64,000 nt of DNA from Azolla caroliniana (taxonomy: Eukaryota > Plantae > Polypodiophyta), in assembly GCA_043228905.1 (NCBI GenBank), contig JBHGNT010000013.1:21018001-21082000 (forward strand), written 5' to 3'. The position numbers were made by a program, and so were the translations under genes. The notes below the pieces were generated by a model. The model made no database searches, had not been told where the DNA came from, and was given only the letters and a program-made list of their open reading frames with translations. Of the stretch, positions 37,230 to 50,680 are shown one piece after another; the first letter of the stretch is position 1; the number at the start of each line of letters is the position of its first letter.

Positions 37230-37790
37230 AAATTAGGGTGTCGACTGAAAACCCTTATTTCAGTCGAAACCCTAATTTCGGCCATATTTCTTCTTTTCGT
37301 CCAACATCCTCACCTCCCCCTCATCCTTTGAGTGTCACTTACATATTATTCTTGGCCTCCAAACCTAGGGTGGTGATGAAACCCTAATTAATTAATTTTT
37401 AGTAAATTAATTCATTATTAATGAATTAATTAATATTTTAATTCTTTAAACCCTAATTTGGTGCAAAACTAGGAGCCCTGATTAATTGAGCATTCATGAA
37501 TTAATTAATGTTTTAGTAAATTAACTCATTAGTAGTGAATTAATTAATATTTTAATTCTTAAAACTCTAATTTTGGCTGAAATTAGGAACCCTAAGTAAT
37601 TAATTAATAATAAATTAATGCATTATTAGTGAATTAATTAATATTTCAATTTTAAAAACCCTAATTTTACTTGAAATTAGGAACCTTAATGAATTAATTA
37701 ATATTTCTAGGGGATAAATTCATTATTAGTGATTTGGTTAATATTTTAGCGAATTAATTATTTTTTTAGTAAATTAATAACTTTTTATTA
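37230..37790. repeat. AT-rich degenerate ~110-120-bp repeats containing AAACCCTAA motifs
   Basis: Repeated aaaccctaatt / attaggaaccct / cattattagtgaattaattaatattt blocks. Confidence 0.6.
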
Positions 37791-38440
37791 TGTAAATTTA
37801 AAACGAATGGTTCAGTAATATTCTTGGGGTCATTTTGTATTCTCGAATATGGGGAATATTATGGTTGTCGAATACCAAGAATATCACGCATGGGTCAATC
37901 TATGAATGTAACATATATCCTTGTTTAATATGCAAAGGACGCGAGTGCTCACCATCATAGCCCTCTTGTATTTTTCAAGGTCATCTAGTGAAGTAATCAT
38001 ATAGAGGAATATTGAAAATTTTGCGAGAATCATAGTAGGTCCAATTTTGAAATGGACGATAGAGAAAGGAATGATGGATGCGAGACTTGTAATACATACT
38101 GTAACATCATTGTGAACCACGTCTGTGTCACATATAAGTTTTGTTTAAATCCGAATACTCCTCATTCTATGAGACTTGGCCAGAGAAAACCAATAATTTA
38201 TCTAAGTAATGGTAGGGATGATGTGGGAAAGAAGAGGGAGGGGGGGTTGAACTTGACCACTCAAACAAGTGGTATTGACTTGAATTAACAAGTCAGATTT
38301 CAGAACGTGGACATCATGGTGGGTTGTTTGGGGGGGGGGGGGGGAGGGGGGGTGTGTGGTGTGTGTATATATATATAGCTGACATTACCATTAAAGTTGA
38401 CATAGCTTGCAAGGAGGGAGCACTAGGGAGAAGTACATAC

Positions 38441-39286
38441 ATGGCCATGAAGCTTCTCCTCCTCCTCCTATCTGCCCTTCTCTACCTTATGGCTCTGAGC
38501 TCTTCCACCCCCTGGTTGCCGCCCCTGATCTATGGTGTCTCGGCACAGTCGAGCGCGGCAACCTGCACCACGAGCCTACAAGCATTGCAAGCCGCTTGCG
38601 GCAGTGACACGAGTACTGCGACCACATGTTGCCCTGTCTATGAATTTCAAGTCAATGCCTACTACGATTGCTATTGCAACCGTAACACCACTGCCCTCAT
38701 CGGACTTGCCACCCTCTGCTCCTTCACGCTTCCCCAGAATCTCACTTCATGCTTCCCATCAGGTAAGTATATACATAATATACATATACATATACATTCA
38801 CATACTTATACATACAGGAATCCTTTCATGAATCAAATAATCAGACAAACAGACAGACAAAAGGATGTTACTGACCACCCTTCTAGTTCATGAGATAATG
38901 TCAACATTCATGCCTTCACAATTCCATCCATCCATTGTAGAAAGGTTTTAGGGTTTGCGTGTGTGTACTATGTATGTCGTGGCTGCGTTGTCTGTTAGTT
39001 TATGTGTATGTACTATGTACCTGCACAGATCTTCGCTACATGTGTTAATGCATGTTAATGCGAAGCAACTTTCTTTTTCTCAGCCTCGTCTCGTCCTCCT
39101 CCACCGCCACTCAAATCACCGCCTCCATTTCCAACCGTCTCGCCGCCTCCGCCTCCTACTCGCTCGCCGCCGCCGCCGCCGCCTCCTCTACCAGCCCCCA
39201 ATGGTGGTGATCCTAATTCTTTACTCGCATCGATACAAACGCTCCTCATGATGGTTCTAACAATAGGAGCAGCTTTGCTCACGTGA
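38441..39286 (+). CDS. GPI-anchored non-specific lipid-transfer-protein-like protein (LTPG/xylogen-like) with a Ser-Pro(n) extensin-like linker; exons 38441-38762, 39084-39286
   Basis: Signal peptide MAMKLLLLLLSALL; 8-Cys motif C-C-CC-CYC-C-C; GTAAGT donor at 38763 and ttttctcag acceptor ending 39083 give an in-frame exon 2 with SPPP to SPPPPPPP repeats and a hydrophobic C-terminus (LLMMVLTIGAALLT*). Confidence 0.88.
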
Positions 39287-40479
39287 AGGAGATTATTTAT
39301 AGTTGTTGATGATGATCCAAAATAAACTCCTACAACAACACAAGGAAACATTTATTCGTAACACCTTGCACTGATGTTTCACATCAACATTCCCAATAAT
39401 GATCTAAAGACGTTTGTGTGTCTCCCACCTAGAGAGAGAGCGATAGATGTGTGTTTGAAGAAACAAAATCACAGTTGTATTTGTTTTCATTCTAACTGTG
39501 GGATTTCACAAAAGGATGGAATAATGAGGTTCTATTTATTCAACATTTGAATGTATAATACCTTGGATACTTATCTATTGGAGCTTGATAATTTCTGTTT
39601 TGTAATTTTGGAATCCCGCAACTTAGTAATTGATTGGGGTAAGAGATCCATTGATGAATGTGGGTATGGTAAGTCTGAAAGGTGATTTGGTGTACCAGGC
39701 AATTCGTTAGATTTCCATTTGTCCAAAATTCCTCCAAAAGATGCAAACTAAGTTAACGTTATATTGGCTCACCTAATGATTAAGACCACCTTTCCAGACA
39801 CATGTAACTCTGACCCTGGCCCAAGAAATTGCATAACACAAGTTTTGAGAAATGTGGAGGATCTGTTGGGCAAATTTAGAGGAAGGGTCTTTTGGGCATA
39901 ATACAAGTGTAGGTGGTAGAGGTTTATTGGGGCTTTTCTTCTTCAGTGCTTTTTGTTTGCCTTGTCTTGAACACGAGAGAAAGATTACTAGGGTTTGGCG
40001 AATGATTGAAAACTAATCGATTTAAGTCACCTCGACACTTGTCCCCCGTTTAAAGTTGTTTTTGAGAGCAACTGCATTCCATTACAATGACCGTGTAAAG
40101 AATTCATCATCCATGCAGCTATTCTCCACTTCTAATTTCTCCATTTTTGGGGGATTCTATTTCAATCATAGAACTCATCATTAACCTCGGTGTGTCATTT
40201 TTGTGTGTGACATAGAAGCACCTCTATAGATCGATGGATTTTTATCTTCTGTCCATGTCATTGGCATAGGATTCGGACCGGGCTACACCCATTTGGTGGC
40301 GAACCGGGCCGAGGTAGTTGTCAAGTACCATTGAGCTATTAGCTTACTTAGTATTATACAATTAATATTAATCTCTCTCGCTTTACTTTGTGGTACATTT
40401 AAACAAAGGAAATGAAGACAATACCTTATAATTATCACCACTCTTAGTACAAAGAGATTTAGCATCACCAAGAGAGATA

Positions 40480-41770
40480 GAGATAGATAGATTATTCTAT
40501 CATCTTCGAAAGTATTACATTTCACGTGATACCGTGATAGCTCCCGATGTTCAAGAAGTTTACCAAAGAATGTTGCAATCGAGAGTGCACATTGTGGTTG
40601 TGAGGGAAATTCGTGTAAGGATTGGGCTTGGTCGAAGATGTGTGGAAAGCATGGTCGAATATGATCAAAGGCAGAGCATTGTATCATAGTGTGATACTGA
40701 GACTCTCGAACTTGTTTTGGGCAAAGTGTATAGAGCACCACTCTCATCACTTGTGCGCGAACGCCCTATTTTACATCGTAGTGCATGTGAGCTAAATAGT
40801 TGGAATGGAAGTCAATGGAATGGGCTCTAACATGTATCGAGGTGTATGGTTTCCTCATTCGGCGAAAAATATGGCTTTGTACTTAGGTGCAACATGTGTA
40901 GTATAATGTGTGAAGCATTAGCCTCCAAACTTTTCCCATGTCATGACACATTGGTGTTGCAAAAATGCCTCATTTACAGAGTGATGCATCATGACGCAAA
41001 TGTGGTGCATCCCATCTACCAAACCACTTTTTCATCTCTTGCATCCAACCAAAACACAAAATTCCAAGCTTTTATGCGTCATTCGGATCTTTTCACTTGC
41101 TTCCCATGCAATTCTAGGAAGTCGACTTGAGGGACCTTTTTTAACCTTAAGCATGTATTCAATAACCCTTTCCATGGCCATGATCGCAATGGGAAGTGAT
41201 CATGTCTCAAGGAGGAGGATGTTTGGCGTTTGTTTCTTAACTTGTAGAAACTTTGTAAGAAAATGTTTTTGGACATTTTAAAACTCTTTCCAACTAGATT
41301 TAGGGATGCTACAACCCCATACTTCCACCCTATAGAGAAGAACCGGTGTCGCCAAAGTGTCAAAATGATATCCCTTGACGACCCAACACTTAATATCTCC
41401 ACGATTGCATGTGTTCTCAAATGCTCAATATGCTCGTTTTCCCTCCTCTAAGTGGCGTCTAGCACATTCATTCCATCTATGATTTGAGGGAACATCAAGG
41501 CCAAGATATTTGAAGCTTTCCACACATTCAAGTGGCTGATTATTGTACATAACGCATGGCTTATCTGTTTTCTAGCTCGTCACAAGCATAATCTTTGTTT
41601 TAGAGCTATTCACACTTAATTTAGAATGCATGCAATTTTTTTCTAATGCCTTCATAAGCTTTTGCATTACATCATTCGCATATAGCAAAAGCATAATCAT
41701 GACAACATTCCCAATTGCAACTTCTTCAACACCTTCTTCCTTTACAAACTTACCAACACCTTTGTCCTTT
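40480..41770 (-). mobile_element. 5'-truncated LINE fragment (RT C-terminal half and C-terminal zinc knuckle), degenerate
   Basis: LLLYANDV (YADD-like), LSVNSSKTKIM, ESFKYLGL, LLYRVEVWG, LCPKQVRESQYHTMIQC. Confidence 0.8.
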
Positions 41771-41936
41771 TGTCTAACGCTTCCGCACGCTAACATTCAC
41801 GTGGTATCAGAGCGCGAGGGTTGAGAACCTCTGCAACCAACAGTTGCTTTCGTGGACGAACCCTAGAACCCGATGACAACAGACAGAGAGAAGATATGGA
41901 CAGAGGAATGGCGAGTTCACTTCCAACAAAGAAGCT

Positions 41937-44406
41937 CGATCGGAGCAACTATGAGTCCTGGTCATACAAGATGCACCAGCACCTGTTGGGGCATGGATAT
42001 TGGAGCTTCGTGGAAGGAATGAACGAGGTAGCGCTGGAGCCGGCACATGAGGACTTCCCGGTATGGGAGCAAGGAGCGAGCCGGGTATTGTATTGCCTCG
42101 CATCCTATGTGCCCGACCAGATGCTCGGCTACATAAAGGATGCAAAAACGCCAAAGGAGGCCTGGGGAAATCTGCGGAAGATTTTCGCTGCGAGTACCAT
42201 AGCCCGTAAGTTGCAGCTCCGGCAAGAGCTGAAAAACATTCGGCAAAGAAACAGGTCGGTTACGGATTACACCACCAAAATAAAGGAGATTTGTGACGCA
42301 CTCAAGTCCATCAACGTGAGTGTGGACAAAGACGAGATGGTACATGTTTGCCTCGGTGGTCTAGCGCAAAGGTACGAACCAATCCGGACGGCGATCTACA
42401 CCCGGGAGAAGCCACCGACTTTCTTCGACTTGCAATTGATGTTGATGATCGAAAAAAACCACGCGAATGGGTCGAGGATCACTCAATGAGATGACCGAAT
42501 GCTGTACACGGAGACCGATCGGTCCCATCGACGTGGTGGACGAGGTGGGTCGGCACGCAATGGAGGCAGCCGACAAGAGCATGACCGAAGGCACAAAGAT
42601 GGTGCCATCAGCAATTCCAGACCCTCCACAAGAAGGGGGAATCAAGGTGGCACCGGACACCAGCAAGGAAAAGCCGACACGGAATGCTGGTATTCTGGCA
42701 AAAAGGGTCATGGGGAAAGCGAGTGCTGGAAGAAGCGTGTCGATTTAGACAAATCCAGATCCGGAAAAACCGGCAAAGCTTGCACGATGTAGAAGGATCG
42801 GAAGGATCCAGAACCGGGAAGACCGGTAAAGGGCCAACCTTCGTGATGAAGCACAAGGCTAAGTCGATGAAGAAGACTATTTCCGGATCGGAGGAAGTAT
42901 GGTACGTTGATTCCGGAGCGTCCAACCACATGACGAGCCATGAAGAGTGGTTCTCTTTTTCGGAGAAACCGGAACAAACGGGGATTGTCGAAATCGGAGA
43001 CGACACACCTCACCCGATTGTGCATGTCCGAGAAATCCCTTTAAGCAATGTCCGACAAAAGGGGAAGTTGTCGAACGTACACATGTTTCGACTATCACAA
43101 AAGAACTTGGTGTCGGTTGGACAAATTGTCGACCAGGGGATGCAAGTGCAGTTTACGCAGCTCGGGTGCTTCATGGAGGAAGAAGGCTAGAGAGTCACGC
43201 AAGGGGGCAAGGAAGGGAGGATGTTCATCCACAACACAAATGATATTGGCACCGCCATGTTTGCCAAAGGACAGAAGATTGAATCAGACATCGATATCTG
43301 GCATAAACAGATCAGCCACGTCAATTATCGGAGGCTTCAAGATCTGCAATCGAGACAAGTCGTTTTCCGTTTGTCAGAAGACCGAAATTTGTGAAGCCTA
43401 CCAAATCGAGAAGCAACATCGGCTTCCATTCCCCAGCGATCGGAGCAACTACGAGTCCTGGTCATACAAGATGCACCAACACCTGTTGGGGCATGGATCG
43501 TGGAAGGAATGAACGAGGTAGCGCTGGAGCCGGCACATGAGGACTTCCCGGTATGGGAGCAAGGAGTGAACCGGGTATTGTACTGCCTCGCATCCTATGT
43601 GCCCGACCAGATGCTCGGCTACATAAAGGATGCAAAAATGCCGAAGGAGGCTTGGGGAAATCTGAGGAAGATTTTCGCCGCGAGTACCATAGCCCGTAAG
43701 TTGCAGCTCCGGCAAGAGTTGAACAACATCCGGCAAAGAGACATGTCGGTTACGGATAACACCACCAAAATAAAGGAGATTTGTGACGCACTCAGGTCCA
43801 TCAACGTGACGATGGACGAAGAGGAGATGGTACAAGTTTGCCTCGGTGGTCTAGCGCAAAGGTACGAACCAATCCGGACGGCGATCTACACCCAGGAGAA
43901 GCCACCGACTTTCTTCGACTTGCAATTGATGCTGATGATCGAAAAAAACCATGCCAGTGGGTCGAGGACCACTAAATGAGATGTCCGAATGCTGTACACA
44001 GAGACCGATCGGCCCCATCGACGTGGTGGACGAGGTGGGTCGGCACGCAATGGAGGCGGCCGACAAGAGCAGGACCCAAGGCACAAAGATGGTGCCATTA
44101 GCAATTCCAGACCCTCCACAAGAAGGGGGAATGAAAGTGGCGTCGGACACCGGCAAGGAAAAGCGGACACAGAATGCTAGTATTGTGGCAAAAAGGGCCA
44201 TTGGGAAAGTGAGTGCTGGAAGAAGCGCGTCGATTCGGACAAATCCAGATCCGGAAAAACTGGCAAAGGTTGCACGACGTAGAAAGATCGGAAGGATCCA
44301 AAACCGGGAAGACCAGTAAAGGGCCATCCTTCGTGATGAAGCGCAAGGCTAGCTCGATGAAGAAGACTACTTCCGGATCGGAGGAAGTATGGTACGTTGA
44401 TTCCGG
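41937..44406 (+). repeat. ~1.5-kb tandem duplication of the copia gag-protease region (copy 1 ~41937-43438; copy 2 from ~43438, continuing after 51348)
   Basis: gatcggagcaact(a/c)gagtcctggtcatacaag occurs at ~41938 and ~43438; downstream ORFs are paralogous. Confidence 0.9.
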
Positions 44407-45097
44407 TGTCGAGGTATTCCTCGCGGATGCGTGGAATGAGGCGGGACCTCGGGGGTCCTGTACCGAAGAGCAAGAGAGAAAGGAGAAGAGACCCACTACG
44501 TGCGAGAGTAGATTCACAGGGACACCGCCCTTCGACACAAAGAGCGAGTGGGACAACGACACAGAGAGACACGAATGTATGTATGTATTAACAAAGACAA
44601 ACAACAAAATACGAAGTCGGTTACAACCGAACAGGCCGGCGAACAGATGCCGATACCTGTTCGTAAACGCACAAAGATGAAGGAGTAGGTTGGAGGTGCT
44701 GCCGGAAGCACTCGGGCATTCCTCAGAGCAGCGCGAGCCTCCCGAAACCTGCACAGAAGGAAGCTATGGAGTTTGCGAACCAGAGAGAGAGAAGCCTTCG
44801 CACCCAAACCGACAGCACTTCGTCCTCAACTCTCCGCGCCCCTTTTCTCCTCCTCGTCTCCCTCCTCTTATAGGCAAGGAAGGAGCCGTTTCCCCTTTAC
44901 TTCCTACCTACCGGATCTGCCCGCCTAGGATCTCCTATGTACAACATAAGGCACACGTGCATGAAGAGCCGGTTCCTACGCTCTGGTGCACCGATTCCGC
45001 TTGTGGACGGTTTTCTTCACGACATCCACCCCCACCTAACCGCGCATCCACCGGCATGCGCCAAATCGAGTTGGGACGGAGAAAACCGGTCCAGCCT

Positions 45098-48000
45098 TTA
45101 TTCCCCACTCGTCGGTTCTTCTTCGGTTTTGGATCGTCCGTCGTCCCGGTCCAGGTTATCCGGATCCGGCTCGTCGTCGTGACGCTTCTTGAACGTTTTG
45201 ATCCGCTTCCCAGCTACCGGCACCGCCATTCTCGAGCCGTCGAGTTCCGCCAGATGGTACGTCCCGTTGTCGTTGGCGCTTTGTACCACGTAAGGCCCGA
45301 ACCACCTTCTTGCGAACTTCCGTGTCGCTCGGTGCTGGTTGTCGAGGCTGCTGTCGTAGACTAGCACCCAGTCGCCTTCTTCAATCTTCTTCGGTCGGAG
45401 CCGGTGCGTCCGGTCGAACCGGGCTTTGTTCCTCGTCCTGGCCACCCGAAGCTTTTCCGCAGCCTGCTCCACGTCCTCCGGTCTCCGCTCGAGCTGTCGT
45501 ATGTGCGCCGTCAACAGTTCCTCCCGGCTCATCTCGTCTCTCCAATCCACGGTTGCCCATGAGGAGACCGTACGTTCGATCGGCATGATCGGCTTCTGCC
45601 CAAACATGAGCTCTGCCGGCATGAATCCGGTTACCGAACTGTGTGTAGTCCGGTCAGCCCACAACGCGTAAGGCAGTAGCCGCGGCCAGTTCCCGACTTG
45701 ACCTCCGCATGCCCGAACTAACGCCTTGACGATCGGTCCGTGTCCGCGCTCCACCTTCCCATTTGCCTCCGGATTGTACGCAGTGGTAAGCGAGAGCTTG
45801 ACCCCTAACCGGTCGAACAGCTCCTCGGCCTCTTCGGCGTCCAACTCCCCGCGATCAGCCACGATCTGTCCGACGCACCCGTACCGGCATATTACGTCCT
45901 CGAGCAGGAACCGACATACGGCTGTAGTCGTTTTGTTCTCAAGGGCCCGGCCTTCCACCTGGTTCGTCAGATCTTCCCGAGCCAGGACCAGATACCGCAT
46001 CTGTCCTACTCCTATCGGCATCGTTACCAGGTCTACCATCCATTTGAAGTGGATGGTCGGAGGGTACGTAGGGTGAAGTTCGTCCCGGTGTCGGACTATG
46101 GAGTGCATCTGACAGCTCTCGCAAGTTGTCACGAATCGATGCACGTCCCGGTACAGTCCCGGCCACCAGTACTTCCCCTTTATCTTCTCGAACGTGGCCC
46201 AGGTTCCACGGTGTCCGGCCCAAAGGCTGTCGTGGTAGGCCGTCAGCAGCTCCTCCTGTTCTTCCTTCATCGCCACCACCCGGAGCGGAGCGCCGTCCCT
46301 CTTCTTCGGGTGCTTCCATAAGTATTCGTCCCGGAGAAAGAATCGGTAAGCTTTCTTCCGGATCCGGTTGGCCTCGTCCTTCGTCCATGATGCATCCGGC
46401 GTCATTGTCCTCAAGAATCCACCGATCTGGAGCCACTCGCCGTCGTACTTGCTCTCGTCGAAGTCGTTAAGTGCCGGAGTGCTCATCCCATCGGTCGTCA
46501 CGTACGCCGCCTCGAAGAAGTCCACGCCGACTTCTTCGTCCTCCGAAACCATGCCGCCCTCGTCACCAAACCTTGCCCTCGAAAGCATGTCGGCCATGAC
46601 GTTGTCCTTTCCGGAAATGTGTCGTATCTCCGGGTCCAGGGACTTGATGTACGCTATCCACCTGAGCATCGCCAGGTCTGGTGTCGCGCATCCGGAAACC
46701 ATGCCGAGAATCGGCAGGCAATCCGTCTCAATAATCACTTTTGTCCCGATCAGGTAGTCTTTGTCCGCCTTTACCGCCGAAACGATACCCCAGAGTTCGC
46801 GTTTAACCTGGGCGTACCCTCGTTGTCGCTCACTGAGGACCTTAGCGCCGAATCGGATCGGGAACCGGGTGTCGTCCTCGTCTTCTTGGTTGACGACCCA
46901 TCCGATCCCGGTCGGGCTATATCCACCGTTATGTATACCGGGGTACCCTTCTCGTAGACAGCCTTCCGGAGCGCCGGTGCTGCCGCAAGAGCTTCCTTCA
47001 GCTTCCGGACCGACTCCGTGTGCTCGTCTCGCCACTCGAATCTTTGCCCCTTCTTCAACAACCCGTATAGTGGCTCCGCAACGTGGGCGTAATGCGGGAT
47101 CCATATGTGGTAGAACGCGCATGCCCCCAGGAACCTCCGAACTTCCGTAACCGAGCTACAGTCGGTCTTCATCGCGGAGATGGCTTCTACCTTTGCCGGA
47201 GACGGCTTCCGGCCATATGGTCCACATAGATGCCCGACCACCAGGATTTCTGATTGCCCGAAGGCCGATTTCTCCCCGGAGAAGGTGAGCCTCGCATCCT
47301 CTAGCCTTTGTAGCACCTTCTCGCAGTCGTCGATGTGTGTTGCTACGAATCGCCGGCATCCATCCGGCCCGAGTGTCTCGTCCTTCTCTTCCACCGGGCA
47401 CCCCTTGATGGGGATGTCGTCTAGAAACGGCATGGTGATGTCCGGGATGCAATCCCTCAGTACTTTGTTCATTGCATTCACCATGTGGGCCACCGAGTTG
47501 GTCCCTCCTTGTGGCAGGGTACACATTCGCACTAGGCCGAGGGGAGTTCGCATCGTCGTAATGTCTCTGCCCTCCACGGCTAGCTGGAACTGGTCGTACC
47601 CCGAGTACAGATCACCGACCGAGTAAATCGACCTTCCGGCGAAGGCCTCCGCGAACTCGTCTATGGTCGGTCCGATTCCTGCGTTCCGGATGGTCACTCT
47701 GTTGACCGGATGGAGGTCCTGAATGAAGCGCAATGTTCCGTTTTTCTTTGGTACGGTAAACCATCGGTTCGAGTATGGGGCGCTCGACGGTTCGAGAATA
47801 CCCATCTCGACTTTCTGCCTAGATAGCTCCATCAACTTCGGGATGTGAGCTCTCGGTACTGGAATCGGCTTGAGATTCCATGGTACATGCGGTACCGTGA
47901 ATATCACCATCGGCTCCACGATCGTCGGGTCTACGCACCCGATCTTTTCCGGTGAGAATGCAAAGGCTTTCCCGTGCCTTCCGAGCATTCTCCGAAACCG

Positions 48001-48570
48001 GTCTTCCTCCGCCGGCAGTAGGAATCCGCCCCCACCGATTTTGAGCTCCCGGAGCGTTCCGTCGGTGAAGGTGTGTCCTATGCAGGCCTGATCTCGTAAA
48101 CTGGGGTCCGACGCCACCCCTCTGATTCGGGACTCGCTGCCCTCCGGCAAGGGTGCCGCGACTGGCCTTACCTTCCGGTCTACAGTCTTGTACCTCGTGC
48201 TAACTCGGGCCGTCCGATCCGACCCGAGCCCCTGACTGAAGTTCGCGATGACTTCGTACATCTCTTCGGAACATACCGGTATCGTCCGGTCTTCGTTAAG
48301 GTCTTCTCCGGCTACCTTCCTCAGCATTCCCAAGGTGTCGTCGAAGGAGACCGCCTCCACGGCTCCGCTGATTTCCTCGTCCGGGCCAAGAACTCCGCAC
48401 GCTCGAAGTCGCACTTCCGCCCTTGTCTTTTCTCGGCCGACGATGCCGACTATCATACACCCTCCATTGTCGGAGAAGCAAAATCCCCTACCTATCGTAC
48501 AGTCGTGGGGTCTTTTCCGAGTGTCCGGGCTGTCTCGGCCCCACGCCTTGGCAGCCCTCTCTAAAAATCC
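45098..48570 (-). pseudogene. RT-RNase H-integrase ORF, -1 frame relative to gag-PR, one frameshift near 46915
   Basis: LPQGGTNS, FLDD, VIIETDC, KWMVDLV / VADRGE / PEANGKVE. Confidence 0.9.
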
Positions 48571-50680
48571 TCCCGGCTCTCGCCACCGAGGGATTCGCGG
48601 TTTCTCTCGTGGTTCGGCCGCACCGTCAGAAATTGCACCGAATGGCGCCCGTCCTGGCTTTTGACCCTCGCGTAGGCCGAACCGATGTCCAGCACCTTGG
48701 TCTCCATTCTCGCCGCCGTGATGTATGGTTCCCCTAATATGACCGGATGCGAGGACGTCTCCTGTACGAAGAAGTGCTGGTCAATCTCGACGTCGCCGAT
48801 CTTTACTCGCACATTCGGGCAGGCCCCGTGCAGTTCCTCGGTGGCGCGCGTCGCCGCCTGTATCTTCCACCCGTGCCTGGTGTTGATCGGCCACTTTCCC
48901 TTCTTATAGAAGTCCATGGACATTAGGTTTATTTCCGAACCGTGGTCCACCAACGCCATCACCAGTTCCTGAACATCTCCGATCTTTACCGGGGTCTCCG
49001 TGGTCGCTCGAGCCCAGTGTGGCCTCGAATAGTGGCTCTCCGCCCACTCATCTTCCAGCGCCGAGTCGTCGATGTGCGTTGTCCGCACCTCCACCGGTCT
49101 TTCCGGTTCCGTCTCCGTCAACAGTCTCTTCCGTTTCACCAAGTCTACAATGGAGTCGTGGAACTCCTTCTTGGCGATCCCTAGCACCTCCCGTAATGAC
49201 AGCTCCACTTTGCTATCGAGGATCCGTTCTTCTAGGACCTTTCGTAGGTCCGTAGTCCTTTCTATTTCCGTCCCCAGTCGGTACCCGCCCTTCCTGGGGT
49301 TATCTCGCGAGTCGGACCCACCGGCATCGTTCCGTCGTTGCCCGAATCGAGTCTCGTACCGTTGTGAGGGCCCGGCCGCTCCGGCTTTCCCCACTCGTTT
49401 TTCTTCTACTAGAGCCTCGTAGTTCCGGTAGGCGGCTTCTACGAAGCCCGTCTTCTCCTCGACCGGATCGCTCCACCCGGTTATTTCCCGGACCCGTCTC
49501 TCAGCGCGGTCCGTTTCATCTTTCCTCAGCCGTGCGCCGGCGAGGCCTTCCAGCATTGCCGACCAGAAACCGTCTTTGCTCTCCTTTTGGGCCTCGCTGC
49601 CCCCGACCCGAATACCGGCCGACGCCGAGTAGTGGATGGCCTCCACGTGTCGGGCCGCTGCCTCTTCCATCAGTCTCTTCATACCTCCTCGCCCGTCGTT
49701 TCGGTTCAGGGCCCTCCTGGTGTCGCCAGCGTGCACCCGGCCTTCCCACAGGTACACCACCCTGTTTCTCAACGCCTCTTCGAAATCGCCGCAATCCTTC
49801 CGAATGTGGCCGACCTCGTCGCACCACATGCACCTGTTCCCCGTTGCCGGTCGTCGGTCACGAGCCGGTTCGCCGCCTTCCCTTCGAGTCTGGGCGATCT
49901 GGAGATCCTTTATCGCCCGCGTCAACTCCTCCAACGCTGCTCCTCCGGACGAGCCATTGACCATGCCGGTCGAAGCCTGACCGGTTTCGAGCCATTCCCG
50001 GGTTTCTTCCCTTCGCACTTGCGGCGCCGATTCAAGCCTCCTTGCCGTGACAGAGCCCGCACCGGCCGCCCCGTTGTCAGCCCATTCTCGCCGTTTATCG
50101 AAACGGCCACAGACTCTCTTAACCGTTGCCCAGTCGGTTGTCAGCCCGTCCTCGGTTTCCAGCAAGGAGCCGACTTGGTCCCGGTCCCGCTCGTCCACCG
50201 ACTTGACGAACAGTAGGACCCGGCTCGTATCCAGAACGGTTCGGTCAAGCGTCGAAAGGCGCGCAAAGCGTTCTTCGAACTCCCGGAGGAGTGCCGTCGC
50301 ATTTCTTCCCTTGCCGGGGGCTTCCACCCATTCCATGAAGTCCCGTTTCGAAAGCCGGAGCGCGTCGTCCAGCCCGTATTTTTCTAGGAGTCAGCCTTCG
50401 AACTCCTCCCAGGTACGGCTCTCCGCCCGCACCTCGAGCACCTCCGCATGGATGCTCGGCATCGCCACTCGAGAAACCCGGCAAGACGCCTCTCTTCCGG
50501 AATGTCCCGCATCAGCATTTCTTCCCCGTAGGACGCCAAATACTTCGTGGCATCCTTTCCGCTGAACCGGCCGATCGTACCGACGACCGCCTCAATGGCT
50601 CTGTCGAGGGCACCGAAGCCCTCACGTGCGCTCAATATCCGATCCACGGCCGAAGCCATGGCCTCCGCAAGATCCGACCC
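48561..50680 (-). pseudogene. gag-protease ORF (one frameshift near 50470)
   Basis: GRFSGKDATKYL, CMWCDEVGHIRKDC knuckle, ALVDHGSEINL protease; paralogous to 57443-59482. Confidence 0.85.

Noticed and set aside
37260-37670. Interstitial telomere array
   Set aside because: AAACCCT motifs are isolated within longer AT-rich units, not tandem.
38324-38893. 189-aa single-exon ORF as listed in the track
   Set aside because: It starts at a non-ATG codon upstream of a poly-G tract and reads into the intron; the spliced 38441-39286 model gives a coherent signal peptide, 8-Cys domain and GPI tail.
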